From: Planctomycetota bacterium
GTDB taxonomy: Bacteria; Planctomycetota; Phycisphaerae; WQYP01
DNA: 64,000 bases
Reading direction: 5' to 3'
Assembly: GCA_021800165.1 (NCBI GenBank)
Contig: JAJYZF010000010.1
Span: 2,194-66,193 of the forward strand
Position 1 is the first letter of the stretch. The number at the start of each line of letters is the position of its first letter. This document shows positions 28,539 through 38,790 of the stretch, piece by piece. Position numbers and translations under genes: made by a program. Below the pieces are notes generated by a model that was not told the DNA's origin, did not search any database, and saw nothing but the letters and a program-made list of their open reading frames with translations.

Positions 28539-29303
28539 ATGATTGGTGAAAAGATTTTATTGCGGGTTTACCTGCGCAGTTCCGATCTCTACCACTTTGG
28601 CCCCGTTTACGAGCGTCTGGTTCAGGCGGCGAGCCGCCAAAAACTTGCCGGGGCTACGGTGCTGCGCGGCATCGCGGGCTTTAGCTCCCGCGGTATACTC
28701 ATGCCCTCCGACTACCGTCTGACCAGTGCCTCGCCGGTCATTGTGGAACTGGTTGATGCCGCGGAAAAAATTGCGGATTTTGCCCGGCAAGTGCTGCCCC
28801 AACAGATGAAAACCGGTTTGGCTACCCTGGAGCGGGCCTCCGTAATGATGTATCGAAAAAGAGGCGGGTCCCACGAAAGCCGTCTGCCGCTGCCAATGGA
28901 AGGTCTAAGCACGCTGCCGGAATTAAAAGGAGATGCCCTTATGCGAATTGATCACGATGGTGTTTTGCTGCGCATATTCATCGGAGATTCGGACGAATGG
29001 GAAAATAAACCGCTTTTTGAAGCCATTATTCAAAAAGCCCGGGCTGCCGGGCTGGCCGGGGGAACTGTGCTCAAAGGCTCCATGGGCTTTGGAGCCAACA
29101 GCGTGCTGCACACCAACAAGGTGCTGGTGCTATCCACGGATTTGCCTATCGTCATTGAAATCGTTGATTCCCGCGAAAAGATCGCCGCCTTTCTGCCCAC
29201 GCTGGACCAGATGGTCCAGGAAGGCATGATTACCATGGAAGGAGTCCATATTTACAAATACACGCACAATCCGGCAGACGCGGGAAGAAAACAAACGGCC
29301 TAG
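28539..29303 (+). CDS. Tandem DUF190 (COG1993, PII-like) protein, a fluoride-regulon-associated family.
   Basis: Two roughly 110-aa repeats (KILLRVYLRSSD... and VLLRIFIGDSDEW...), each with GATVLRGIAGF/GGTVLKGSMGF. RBS taaggag lies 6 nt upstream. Lies directly downstream of crcB. Confidence 0.6.
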   Translation: MIGEKILLRVYLRSSDLYHFGPVYERLVQAASRQKLAGATVLRGIAGFSSRGILMPSDYRLTSASPVIVELVDAAEKIADFARQVLPQQMKTGLATLERASVMMYRKRGGSHESRLPLPMEGLSTLPELKGDALMRIDHDGVLLRIFIGDSDEWENKPLFEAIIQKARAAGLAGGTVLKGSMGFGANSVLHTNKVLVLSTDLPIVIEIVDSREKIAAFLPTLDQMVQEGMITMEGVHIYKYTHNPADAGRKQTA

Positions 29304-29368
29304 CGATCCCGACAAAAATCACGCCAGGCAACTGCCGGAATTACGGTCCGGTGCGTATAATCCCCAGT

Positions 29369-30367
29369 ATGAATGATTCATCCCACATTTCGCTCGCCGG
29401 CCGGTCTGCACGCCGCTGGCGGGGCCGCCCCGGCCTTGGCCAGCTTGGGGTTGGTTTGGCGCTGATTGGCGTTTTGGAGGCCATTTTATTTGCGTCCGTC
29501 GGCGGCCTGCTTCCCGCCGGTTGGGCCGCATCGATCGGCACGCAGGTGCGCATCCATATCACCCCATGGGCCTGGAGTGCGTACCTGATGGTGTTGTTGG
29601 GGCTGCTGGCACGCCTCGACGGGCATTCGTGGCTGCGGCGGTTTGCCAATCGCTTTTGGGTATGCTGGCTGTGGTCCGTTCCAGCGTGGTGTTACTTTGA
29701 CTGGCTGAACTTTTATTTTATGCGCGATCCGGCAACCGGCCTGCATGCGTGGAACTATCAGGGCATGCCCACGAATCCGTGGGATCGCGGACTGGGCTAT
29801 CTTTTAGCCTTTGCCGCAATCGCACCCGGCATGTTTTTGACGGCGGAGGTTTTTATGCGACTGGGCCTGAAGCGTGTAAAAAGCGGGGGTGTGCGCATTG
29901 CCCGACCGTTGCAGATTATCACATTCATTCTAGGGGCTGGTCTATTTTTGTGGCCTTTCATTTTTCAGAGTTCCATTGCCAATCTGGCCATCTGGGTCAG
30001 CGCTATTTTCCTGCTGGATCCGATTAATTTCTGGTCCGGGCGGCCCAGCATTATCGGCGACTGGCGGCGGGGACGCTGGGGACGCACATTTTCGCTGATG
30101 CTCGGTGGTTTGTGGTGCGGATTGCTGTGGGAATTCTGGAATTATTGGGCCATCGCCAAATGGACGTATCATCTCCCTTTTCTTGGCATCTGGCGGCACA
30201 TCCGCTATTTTCAGATGCCCGTGCCCGGTCTGATCGGTTTTGCCGGATTCGGGGTGGAGGTGTGGGTGATGTGGCAATTCAGCCTGCTGGCCCTGGGCGG
30301 GCTGGTTGAAGGGGAAAGGAAAGACTTACCGGCTGATGTCCGGGTGGCGCGGGATGGATGTATCTAA
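29369..30367 (+). CDS. Hypothetical polytopic membrane protein.
   Basis: Trp-rich TM segments throughout. TATAAT (29356-29361) lies 7 nt upstream of the ATG, a leaderless-type arrangement. No family recognised. Confidence 0.4.
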   Translation: MNDSSHISLAGRSARRWRGRPGLGQLGVGLALIGVLEAILFASVGGLLPAGWAASIGTQVRIHITPWAWSAYLMVLLGLLARLDGHSWLRRFANRFWVCWLWSVPAWCYFDWLNFYFMRDPATGLHAWNYQGMPTNPWDRGLGYLLAFAAIAPGMFLTAEVFMRLGLKRVKSGGVRIARPLQIITFILGAGLFLWPFIFQSSIANLAIWVSAIFLLDPINFWSGRPSIIGDWRRGRWGRTFSLMLGGLWCGLLWEFWNYWAIAKWTYHLPFLGIWRHIRYFQMPVPGLIGFAGFGVEVWVMWQFSLLALGGLVEGERKDLPADVRVARDGCI

Positions 30368-30432
30368 TCCACCGCTGCCAAGACCGTCCGCCGACGATTT
30401 GCACATACCGCCTTTTTTTAGGAGTTTTAGCG

Positions 30433-30897
30433 ATGTCCCAGGTCGAGGCCAATCTGAAACGTTTGGGCATCATTCTGCCCGGTGTTCCAACTCCGGTTGC
30501 TGCATACGTACCGTATGTCATGGCCGACCATCTGGTGTTTGTCAGCGGGCAACTGCCTTTCCAGGATGGCCAGCTACGGTTTATCGGCAAGATTCCCACC
30601 ACGCTGTCGATGGAAAATGGTCAAGAAGCGGCCAAACTGGCCCTCATCAACGCCCTTGCGGTGCTGCACAGCGCCTGCGCCGGGGCGTGGTCCAAAGTGG
30701 ACAGTGTGGTGCGCTTGGGCGTCTTTGTGCAATGTGGCGACGATTTCACCCAGCAATCCACCGTGGCCAACGGAGCCAGCAACCTGCTGCTGGAAATTTT
30801 CGGTCCTGCGGGCCGCCATGCTCGGGCCGCCGTGGGTGTTAATGCCCTGCCGCTGGGTGCTGCGGTAGAAGTGGAACTCGTCGCCCGGCTTAAATAG
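30433..30897 (+). CDS. RidA/YjgF/L-PSP family protein.
   Basis: PYVMADHLVFVSGQLPF...ARAAVGVNALPLGAAVEVELVA is the typical Rid-family core. ATG at 30433 is preceded by ggag. Confidence 0.7.
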   Translation: MSQVEANLKRLGIILPGVPTPVAAYVPYVMADHLVFVSGQLPFQDGQLRFIGKIPTTLSMENGQEAAKLALINALAVLHSACAGAWSKVDSVVRLGVFVQCGDDFTQQSTVANGASNLLLEIFGPAGRHARAAVGVNALPLGAAVEVELVARLK

Positions 30898-30980
30898 GGC
30901 CGTCGTTGGCTCTACCCGCCGGACCGCCATTTCCTGATTGTGACTTTCCATAAGTGCCTTCACCGGCGATACTGTCCATT

Positions 30981-31526
30981 ATGCGATGGATCACCTTTGG
31001 CATCCTGCTGTACCTGGCGACGGCCCTGCAAGTCGCCCACTTCGGACAATGGAGTGAGGCGGGCTATTTTCACGTTGAATTTATTCCCATGCTGGCGGTT
31101 TTTTATGCCCTTTACCCGGCGGAGGATTATGCCCTGCTGGCCTGCCTCTGCTGCGGATTTATGTATGATCTCACCGGGATCGGGCTGCTGGGCGTTAATA
31201 CCATCCTGCTTTCGCTGGCGGGCTATGGAATCACGCGCATCCGGATGAATATTTTCCGCCAGAACCCCATCAGTCAAGCGGTGCTGGTTTTTCTGACGGT
31301 TGTGTTTGTCCTGCTGGGCCGGAATATTCTCACACGGATGGGATTGTGGAGTGCGGATCAACCCATGACGGTATTGTCCGGATATGCTCCCACCATCGGC
31401 ATCACCCTCTCCAGCGCCATCTATACGGCTATTGTGGCACCCTGGGTGTTCCGCGGGCTGTTTATGATCGGCCCGTTGTTGGGTTTTGACGGGCCGTCGC
31501 ATCATGTTCGGAACCGGAACCGATGA
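30981..31526 (+). CDS. mreD: Rod shape-determining protein MreD (putative).
   Basis: About 180-aa, 5-TM protein immediately upstream of mrdA-rodA, the canonical position. Weak family signal beyond topology. Confidence 0.5.
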   Translation: MRWITFGILLYLATALQVAHFGQWSEAGYFHVEFIPMLAVFYALYPAEDYALLACLCCGFMYDLTGIGLLGVNTILLSLAGYGITRIRMNIFRQNPISQAVLVFLTVVFVLLGRNILTRMGLWSADQPMTVLSGYAPTIGITLSSAIYTAIVAPWVFRGLFMIGPLLGFDGPSHHVRNRNR

Positions 31527-31581
31527 ACTCCCGCCCAGGACTTGGTATGATCGGTGTAGATCGTCTGGAGGATAACATGGC

Positions 31582-33675
31582 GTGGTTGGTTTCTTACAGG
31601 TACTCGCCGCGATGCTGAAACGCCGCCTTATTTTGCTCTTTACGTTAGCCTTGGCCGTAGCGTTGATCCTCGCGGTGCGCCTGTATCAACTGCAGGTGGT
31701 GCAGGCCCGGATGTGGAAGGATCGCGCCCGCAGCTTCAGCTATCGGCATCTGGTGATTCCGTCGATTCGTGGGGCCATTGTGGATCGCCAAGGCCGCTTT
31801 TTGGCTCTCGAGCAGCCCTGCAACAATCTTGCCATTGACTATCAGGCGATGAATCGCGATTACGTCTGGATTACCCGTCAGGCGATTGATGAACTTAAAG
31901 ACGACCATCTGACCCGGGCCCAGATTATCGCCCGGCTGCCGGCCACCCGAAAGCAAATTGCCGCCCGGTTGCGGAGGCTGCCCATCGCCATCGCCCGCCA
32001 TTGCCACTTGCCCCTGGCCAAAGTGCTGGAAACCTTGGATATCATCCGCAAACGCATGGCCTTTTTGCGCCAGGATATCTGGACTTTGCGTTACGGCCAT
32101 GACAAGAACGTCCGGGCCGACGTTTCTCCCGCGGATCGACAACAGGATGTGGACCTGGCCCTGACCCAGGGGCTTAACTTACTGGAAGCCCATGAAGCCC
32201 ACACCGTGGTTCCCGATATTTCCGACAAGGTCGCGTTTTATTTTCAAAAGCACTCACGTCGCTATCCCGGCCTGGTTGTGGTACCCAGCCAACACCGGGT
32301 TTATCCATTCAACAGCGTAGCGGCACAGGTGATTGGCACCACGCGTCAGGTGACCGCGGCGGCGTTGCGAAAAAATCCGTTTGTGCTGCCGCGGCTTGTT
32401 CCCGGATCGCTGCGCGATACCCGCGGCAAGCTCAAAGGCTATCTGCCGGGAGACAATATGGGGGCATTTGGGGTGGAATACGCCGCCGAAAACCTCCTTA
32501 GACCCACCCGCGGCGTGGAACTGATACGCCTTGACGGTAAGCAGGTGCCGCAGGATTATCGCGCGCCTATTCCCGGGCGCACGGTGCGGTTGACGTTGGA
32601 TATTAAGCTCCAGCAGCAACTGCAAAGATCCATGCTTAATCCGCAAACACATCTGCTTTACTTCCACGGGGAAATGCACCGTGCCGCGGTGGTGGTGTTG
32701 TCGGTGCGCACCAACCGGGTGCTGGTTATGCTTTCGCTGCCGACGTACAACCTGAATCGTTATCACCATGATTTTTCCAGGTTAATCGCCGATACTCAAC
32801 TTCCCTTGATGAACCGGGCCATCAGCAGCGCGTATCCGCCCGGCAGTATCGTCAAGCCTCTGGAAGCGGCCTATGCTTTGACGGTGGGGGTCATTGAACC
32901 CAATACCGTCCTGAATTGCGGGGCTTATCTGCTGCCCGGCCATCCCAACATTTTTCGCAACTGGACCTATCCGGTCGCACCTGGTCCGCTCAATCTGGTG
33001 GCCGCCCTGGAACAATCCTGCGATACCTATTTTTATCAGGTGGGTATGAAACTGGGGCTTAAGCGACTGGTGGAAGGGTACCGGGCCTTTGGGTTGGGAT
33101 CAGCCACCGGCATTGGCCTGCATGAGGAAACCTCCGGGTATTTGCCTCCCGCACAGCCGCACCGCAGCCAGTTTCGGATAACGGATTGGGCTATTATGAT
33201 GGGTATCGGTCAGGGACCGATGGCGGTAACCCCTTTGCAAATGGCCAATGCGTACACCGCCATGTTGCGTGGCGGAGTCTGGATGCAACCGCAGATTATT
33301 GAACAATTGCATCGCCCGCCTCCTCGATTATTTCATCTCAACAGGCCTGATTTAAGTGCTGTCCGCCGCGGTATGTATCTGGTGGTACATGGCCCCAACG
33401 GCACAGCCCCGGTGCTGCGTATGGGGTTGCCTGTGGCCGGCAAAACCGGTACCGCGCAGACCGCGGAGCGAATCGACATTGACGGCAAAGTAACCATCAA
33501 AAAGGGGGACGACGCCTGGTTTGTAGGCTGCGTGCCAGCCAATCAGCCTAAGTACGTGCTCGCGGCCATTGTTGAAATGGGCGGGGACGGTGGTCGGCGG
33601 GCCGGACCGATTGTTAAAAACTGCATTCAACTGATGCAACAGCGTGGCTACCTGCCACAGGCGGCGACCCCGTGA
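31582..33675 (+). CDS. mrdA: Penicillin-binding protein 2 (elongasome transpeptidase).
   Basis: SxxK at PGSIVKP, SxN-equivalent at SCDTYFYQ, KTG at GKTGTAQ. N-terminal membrane anchor. GTG start follows ggaggata. Confidence 0.85.
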   Translation: MVGFLQVLAAMLKRRLILLFTLALAVALILAVRLYQLQVVQARMWKDRARSFSYRHLVIPSIRGAIVDRQGRFLALEQPCNNLAIDYQAMNRDYVWITRQAIDELKDDHLTRAQIIARLPATRKQIAARLRRLPIAIARHCHLPLAKVLETLDIIRKRMAFLRQDIWTLRYGHDKNVRADVSPADRQQDVDLALTQGLNLLEAHEAHTVVPDISDKVAFYFQKHSRRYPGLVVVPSQHRVYPFNSVAAQVIGTTRQVTAAALRKNPFVLPRLVPGSLRDTRGKLKGYLPGDNMGAFGVEYAAENLLRPTRGVELIRLDGKQVPQDYRAPIPGRTVRLTLDIKLQQQLQRSMLNPQTHLLYFHGEMHRAAVVVLSVRTNRVLVMLSLPTYNLNRYHHDFSRLIADTQLPLMNRAISSAYPPGSIVKPLEAAYALTVGVIEPNTVLNCGAYLLPGHPNIFRNWTYPVAPGPLNLVAALEQSCDTYFYQVGMKLGLKRLVEGYRAFGLGSATGIGLHEETSGYLPPAQPHRSQFRITDWAIMMGIGQGPMAVTPLQMANAYTAMLRGGVWMQPQIIEQLHRPPPRLFHLNRPDLSAVRRGMYLVVHGPNGTAPVLRMGLPVAGKTGTAQTAERIDIDGKVTIKKGDDAWFVGCVPANQPKYVLAAIVEMGGDGGRRAGPIVKNCIQLMQQRGYLPQAATP

Positions 33676-34883
33676 CGGATTCACCGAAAACCGATTCTTC
33701 CCCCACGCCGCTGAACCCCGATGCCCTGCGCCCGGCCCGCGTTATTCACCGCCGCACCAATGACAGTTCCTCCATCGTTTTGCGACTCTGGAATCGGCTG
33801 CTGCCACGTCTGCTGGGCACGCGTATCGCATGGGTTCTTCTGGGCAGCATCCTGCTGCTATGTGCCATCAGCCTGGCGGCCGTGCGGGTTTCCTCGCCGA
33901 CGCTGGCCCGGGTCCAGGAAATTCATATTGGCATTGGTCTGATCGTATTGGTCCTGGCCGTGGCCCCGGCCTATCGGCACATCGGCCGCTACACCTATGC
34001 TTTTCTGGCCTTCACTTTGCTTTTGCTCTTGGCGGTGCTCAAAGCTCCTGCGGTCAACGGCAGCCATCGTTGGTTCATTTTGCCAGGAGGTATCAACTTT
34101 CAGCCCAGCGAACTGGCCAAGATTGCCTTTGTCATGTCGGTGGCCTGGTATCTGCGGTTGCACAAAGATGTGCAGGGACTGTCACGGCTGGTGGTTCCGT
34201 TTCTATTGATGTTGCTGCCCATGGGGCTTATTCTTATTGAATCCGACCTGGGCACGGCGTTGCTTTTTCCACTGGCGCTCTACGCCATGCTGGTGGCGGC
34301 CGGGGCCAGATTGCGCCACCTTGTGGCGATCGCGCTGATTGCCTTATCCGTTGCCCCTGGTTGCTACCCACTGCTGAAGCCCTATCAAAAGCAACGCATT
34401 ATCTCAATGTTTGTGGAAAGTAAGCCGACTTCCGGTGAATTGCATGGCAACTTGTATCAGCAGCGACAAAGCGAAATTGCCGAAGGCAGTGGGGGGCTTG
34501 CCGGTCAGGGACTGCGCGGCGCTGCCCAGATTCGCAATGGTTTGCTGCCGGAATCGGCCAACGATTTTATTTTCGCGGTCATCGCCACCCAATGGGGCTT
34601 CCTTGGTGCGCTGGGAATTCTGATTCTTTACGTGGTGTTCTTTGGAGCTTGTCTGGAAATCGCCGGTTCCACCGCGGATCCTTTTGGCCGGATTATGGTC
34701 GTTGGGTTGGGGTCCATGTTAATGATGCAAACCATGATTAACATCGCCATGACCACCGGCATTATTCCCGTAGTTGGTATTACGCTGCCGTTTTTATCCT
34801 ACGGAGGCAGTGCTATTGCCGCGTATATGCTGGCCACGGGCTTGATCTTGAATGTGGCGGTCCGCAATCGTCGCGCACTCTAA
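33672..34883 (+). CDS. rodA: SEDS-family glycosyltransferase RodA.
   Basis: 10-TM protein with SEDS blocks (GINFQPSELAKI..., GLRGAAQIRNGLLPESANDFIFAV, LPFLSYGGSA). Overlaps the mrdA stop. Confidence 0.85.
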   Translation: MTDSPKTDSSPTPLNPDALRPARVIHRRTNDSSSIVLRLWNRLLPRLLGTRIAWVLLGSILLLCAISLAAVRVSSPTLARVQEIHIGIGLIVLVLAVAPAYRHIGRYTYAFLAFTLLLLLAVLKAPAVNGSHRWFILPGGINFQPSELAKIAFVMSVAWYLRLHKDVQGLSRLVVPFLLMLLPMGLILIESDLGTALLFPLALYAMLVAAGARLRHLVAIALIALSVAPGCYPLLKPYQKQRIISMFVESKPTSGELHGNLYQQRQSEIAEGSGGLAGQGLRGAAQIRNGLLPESANDFIFAVIATQWGFLGALGILILYVVFFGACLEIAGSTADPFGRIMVVGLGSMLMMQTMINIAMTTGIIPVVGITLPFLSYGGSAIAAYMLATGLILNVAVRNRRAL

Positions 34884-35018
34884 AGCGCCGCAACCGCCGG
34901 ATGCGCTGTATCATGGAGCCAACGTGGTTGCCCTTGGCCCAAGCGCCGCATGGCGGGTTGGTGCGCCGATGCGGCTCGCGTCTAGGGTCGCTGGACGGTT
35001 TTTACGGAAGTGGATCTG

Positions 35019-35984
35019 ATGAAAATTGTTATACCCGGTGGCAGCGGTCAGATAGGCACTCTGTTGTGTCGGGCCTTTGTAGCCGACGGACATGACGTGG
35101 TGGTGCTTGGCCGCAACCCGCGGGCCGCGCCATGGAGAATGGTCCCGTGGGATGGTCGATCCATGGGTGGGTGGACCGCGGAGCTCGATGGGGCGGATGT
35201 GGTGATCAACTTGGCGGGGCGCAGCGTTAATTGCCGGTATCATGCGGCCAACCGCCAGGCGATCATGGACTCGCGTGTGCAGAGCACCCGCGCGGTGGGC
35301 CGGGCCATTGCGCAAGCGCGCCATCCGCCGACCCTCTGGCTCCAGGCCGGGACCGCCACCATTTATGCCAGCCGCTACGATGCCCCCAATGATGAAGCCA
35401 CCGGCATTCTCGGCGGTTTTGAGCTGGATGTGCCCAGCCAATGGAAGTTCAGCATTGCCGTAGCCCAGGCGTGGGAACACGCGGCTCAAGAGGCCCTTCG
35501 CCCGGATACCCGACTGGTGATTTTGCGTTCCGCCATGACCATGAGCGCCGATCCGGGGGGAATTTTCGATGTCATGTCCCGACTGGTGCGGCGCGGTCTG
35601 GGCGGCACCGCCGGCCATGGCCGACAATACGTATCCTGGATTCACGAGCGGGATTTTATTGCCGCGATTTATTGGCTCATCAACCACCCGCCCATAGCCG
35701 GAGCGGTGAATGTGGCCGCGCCCAACCCCTTGCCCAACGCGGAATTCATGCGCACTTTGCGCCACGCCTGGGGTGTACGTATAGGACTGCCGGCCCCCGC
35801 GTGGCTGCTGGAACTTGGGGCGGTTTTCATGAAAACCGAAACCGAATTGCTGCTGAAAAGCCGCCGGGTGGTGCCGGGGCGACTGTTGCAATCCGGCTTT
35901 GCATTCTCTTTCCCGCATTGGCCGGAGGCCGCGGACGATTTGTGCCAGCGCTGGCGGGCCATAAAAGACCGGCCCGATCAATAG
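35019..35984 (+). CDS. YfcH-like epimerase-family protein (TIGR01777 / DUF1731 type, NAD-binding Rossmann).
   Basis: MKIVIPGGSGQIGTLL (GxxGxxG) ...DVVINLAGRSVNCRY. The overlapping antisense ORF 34911-35981 is judged spurious. Confidence 0.6.
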   Translation: MKIVIPGGSGQIGTLLCRAFVADGHDVVVLGRNPRAAPWRMVPWDGRSMGGWTAELDGADVVINLAGRSVNCRYHAANRQAIMDSRVQSTRAVGRAIAQARHPPTLWLQAGTATIYASRYDAPNDEATGILGGFELDVPSQWKFSIAVAQAWEHAAQEALRPDTRLVILRSAMTMSADPGGIFDVMSRLVRRGLGGTAGHGRQYVSWIHERDFIAAIYWLINHPPIAGAVNVAAPNPLPNAEFMRTLRHAWGVRIGLPAPAWLLELGAVFMKTETELLLKSRRVVPGRLLQSGFAFSFPHWPEAADDLCQRWRAIKDRPDQ

Positions 35985-36004
35985 CCGCCGCTACGGCTTA
36001 CCGG

Positions 36005-37456
36005 TTACCGGCCGCGTCGCCGACGATCACGCATTTTTCGTTTCTGCTCCGGAGAAAGGCGGCTGGGACGCAAGGCCGGCCCTGCGCCGGCCAGATGGCC
36101 CATGGCCGAGAGGCCTTCCGGGTTCATGGTGCTCATGGCCTGGGCCATTTTCATCTTGGCGCCCATCGAAAGCCCGGACATCTTTTTGGCCATGTCCCGG
36201 GCCGCGGAAAATCCTTTCACCAGCCGTGAGACATCCTCCGCCTGCATGCCGCAGCCGCGGGCAATGCGCCGCCGGCGGGAAGAATCCACAATGTCCGGAT
36301 TTTCCCGCTCTTTGCGGCTCATGCTCTGAATGATCGCCTCGGCGCGGTCTAATTCCTCCTCCGGCAATTGAATATCCTTGAGCGCTGAACCCAGCCCCGG
36401 CAACATGCCCAGAAGCTGTTTCATAGGCCCCATTTTGCGCATGGACCGCATCTGTTCCAAAAAATCGTCGAGCGTGAAACTGGCGTTGGCCAGTTTGGCC
36501 TGCATTTTTTCGGTCTGGGCCTGATCAAACTGCGACTGGGCTTTTTCCACCAGGGTTAAAATGTCGCCCATGCCCAAAATGCGCTGGGCAATGCGGTCCG
36601 GATGAAATTCCTCCAGCATCTGGAGCTTTTCGCCCACGCCCAAAAATTTTATAGGCTTGCCGGTAATCGCCTTCACCGACAGGGCCGCTCCACCACGCGT
36701 GTCGGAATCAAATTTGGTCAAAATGATGCCGTCGAGTTCCAGCTTCTGGTTAAACGCCCGGGCCGAATTCACCGCATCCTGGCCTACCATCGCATCCACC
36801 ACCAGAAATATCTGATGGGGTTTGGTCGTGCGGGCAATGTCCGAAAGCTGCTCCATGAGCACATCGTCAATGTGCAAACGGCCCGCGGTGTCCAGTATTA
36901 CCACGTCCCGACCGCTTTGCCGGGCCAAGGCCACGGCATTGCGACATATCAAAATAGGATTCGCCTCCCCATCCTGCTTGTACACCGGAACATCCACCTG
37001 TTGGCCCAGCGTGACCAACTGGTCGATGGCGGCGGGCCGCTGGGTATCCGCGGCTACCAGAAGCGGATTTTTTCCTTTGCTTTTCAGGTACAGGGCCAGT
37101 TTACCGCAGGTGGTGGTTTTGCCGGAACCCTGCAGGCCGCACATCATGATGATGGTGGGTGGTGGATCAACAAAAAATATGCCGGTATCCACCGGCCCCA
37201 TCAGGGTCACCAATTCATCAAAGACAATCTTGACGATCTGCTGCCCCGGCTCCAGCGAGGCTAGAACCTGCGTACCCGTGGCTTTTTCCATGACCCGCCG
37301 GGTGAAGTCCTCCACCACTTGATAATGCACGTCCGCTTCCAGCAGGGCGCTGCGAATTTCGTCCATGGCCTGGCGCACATTGGCCGGGCTGATTCGCCCG
37401 CGCCCGGAAAGGTTGCGCACCATGAGGGTAAATTTTTCGGAAAGAGAATCAAACAT
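36005..37456 (-). CDS. ffh: Signal recognition particle protein Ffh.
   Basis: MFDSLSEKF...MCGLQGSGKTTTCGKLA...DTAGRL...M-domain MGPMKQLLGMLPG... Basic C-terminal tail. Confidence 0.95.
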   Translation of the reverse strand: MFDSLSEKFTLMVRNLSGRGRISPANVRQAMDEIRSALLEADVHYQVVEDFTRRVMEKATGTQVLASLEPGQQIVKIVFDELVTLMGPVDTGIFFVDPPPTIIMMCGLQGSGKTTTCGKLALYLKSKGKNPLLVAADTQRPAAIDQLVTLGQQVDVPVYKQDGEANPILICRNAVALARQSGRDVVILDTAGRLHIDDVLMEQLSDIARTTKPHQIFLVVDAMVGQDAVNSARAFNQKLELDGIILTKFDSDTRGGAALSVKAITGKPIKFLGVGEKLQMLEEFHPDRIAQRILGMGDILTLVEKAQSQFDQAQTEKMQAKLANASFTLDDFLEQMRSMRKMGPMKQLLGMLPGLGSALKDIQLPEEELDRAEAIIQSMSRKERENPDIVDSSRRRRIARGCGMQAEDVSRLVKGFSAARDMAKKMSGLSMGAKMKMAQAMSTMNPEGLSAMGHLAGAGPALRPSRLSPEQKRKMRDRRRRGR

Positions 37457-37539
37457 GCTTTATGTCAACCTGTCTTACCTGCGGGAAAACGCCTGTGCTT
37501 CCAGGCGTTGGGCCACGCCCGGCCGGAACATGCCCCAAG

Positions 37540-38790
37540 TTACCCCTGGACAATGGGCAGCTTCACTGCGCCGGATTCCATCTTGTCGGCGGCGATTTTG
37601 GCATAGCCGGAGCCTAATTCACCCAGTGGATCCGGCGGGATGATATCCACCAGCTTTTCCCCCAGCCGCGCTTCACCGCGCCGCACCTTTTCCTGAAAAT
37701 TCCGGCACTCTTCCAGCAGGGCGTCAAGAATTTTTTCTTCCGGTACATTGGCCACTTTTTCTCCCTGCACGTATATGATGCCGCGCTTGTCGCCGGCGAA
37801 AATCGCCACGTCCGCACCTTCACATTCCCCCGGACCATTGACCACGCAACCCATCACCGCCACCTTGATCGGCAATGTGATCTGCTCCTTGAGTTTGCGG
37901 TTGACATCCTGCACCAGGGTGAATAAATCCACCTGTATGCGCCCACAGGTGGGGCAGGCGATAAGCTCGGCCCCTTTGCGACTGCGCAGCCCCAGCACGT
38001 ATAACAGTTCCAAGCCGTCCTGCACTTCATAGATTGGATCATTGGCATAGCTGATGCGGATGGTATCGCCGATGCCATTGGCCAAAAGCGTGCCCAGCGG
38101 CACCACACTCCGGATGGTGCCGGTTTCCTTGGGGCCGGCGTGGGTAACGCCCAGATGCAGGGGGTGGTCAAACCGCCGGGAGATCTCCGTGTACGCATCA
38201 AGCACCAGCAGCGGATCAATCGATTTGGCGGAAATCACAATGTCGTAAAAGTTCCGCTCGTAGAAAATATCCAGGTACTCTTCCAGCTTGGTAATCATGA
38301 TCGCCAGCAGGTGGCCGTGATGGCTGTCACTGAAGACCGCTCCCAACTCCTTCATCCGTTTCTGTTTGTCCTTGCGTTCCACAATGGAACCTTCATTCAC
38401 GCCGATCCGGATCGGAATGCGCCTTTCCCGACACGCATCAATCACCGCTTCCACCTGCTTGCGGTCATTGATATTGCCGGGATTCAGCCGGATTTTATGT
38501 ACGCCCGCCGCCACCGCCTCCAAGGCCCGCTGAAAATGAAAATGAACATCGGCCACAATCGGCACCGACACCTGGTGCAGTATTTCCTTCAGGGCCAGAG
38601 TATCCTTCTTTTCCGGCACCGCCACACGCACGATATCCGCACCGGCGGCGGCGAGCTTGTTAATCTCCCGCACGCAACCGTCGATATCGTGGGTGTAACC
38701 GCTGGTCATCGACTGGACTGCCACCGGGGCATCGCCGCCGATAAGAACTTCGCCCACCTTTACCTGCCTGGTTTTTCGCCGGGAAATCAT
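37540..38790 (-). CDS. ispG: 4-hydroxy-3-methylbut-2-enyl diphosphate synthase IspG (GcpE).
   Basis: RRKTRQVKVGEVLIGGDAPVAVQSMT...RVAVPEKK...CPTCGR...GCVVNGPGE are IspG signature blocks. Start at the ATG at 38790. Confidence 0.9.
   Translation of the reverse strand: MISRRKTRQVKVGEVLIGGDAPVAVQSMTSGYTHDIDGCVREINKLAAAGADIVRVAVPEKKDTLALKEILHQVSVPIVADVHFHFQRALEAVAAGVHKIRLNPGNINDRKQVEAVIDACRERRIPIRIGVNEGSIVERKDKQKRMKELGAVFSDSHHGHLLAIMITKLEEYLDIFYERNFYDIVISAKSIDPLLVLDAYTEISRRFDHPLHLGVTHAGPKETGTIRSVVPLGTLLANGIGDTIRISYANDPIYEVQDGLELLYVLGLRSRKGAELIACPTCGRIQVDLFTLVQDVNRKLKEQITLPIKVAVMGCVVNGPGECEGADVAIFAGDKRGIIYVQGEKVANVPEEKILDALLEECRNFQEKVRRGEARLGEKLVDIIPPDPLGELGSGYAKIAADKMESGAVKLPIVQG

Noticed and set aside
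34911-35981. 356-aa ORF on the minus strand.
   Set aside because: Antisense to the YfcH-like epimerase (35019-35984), which has a clear Rossmann GxxGxxG. GC-rich antisense frames commonly stay open.
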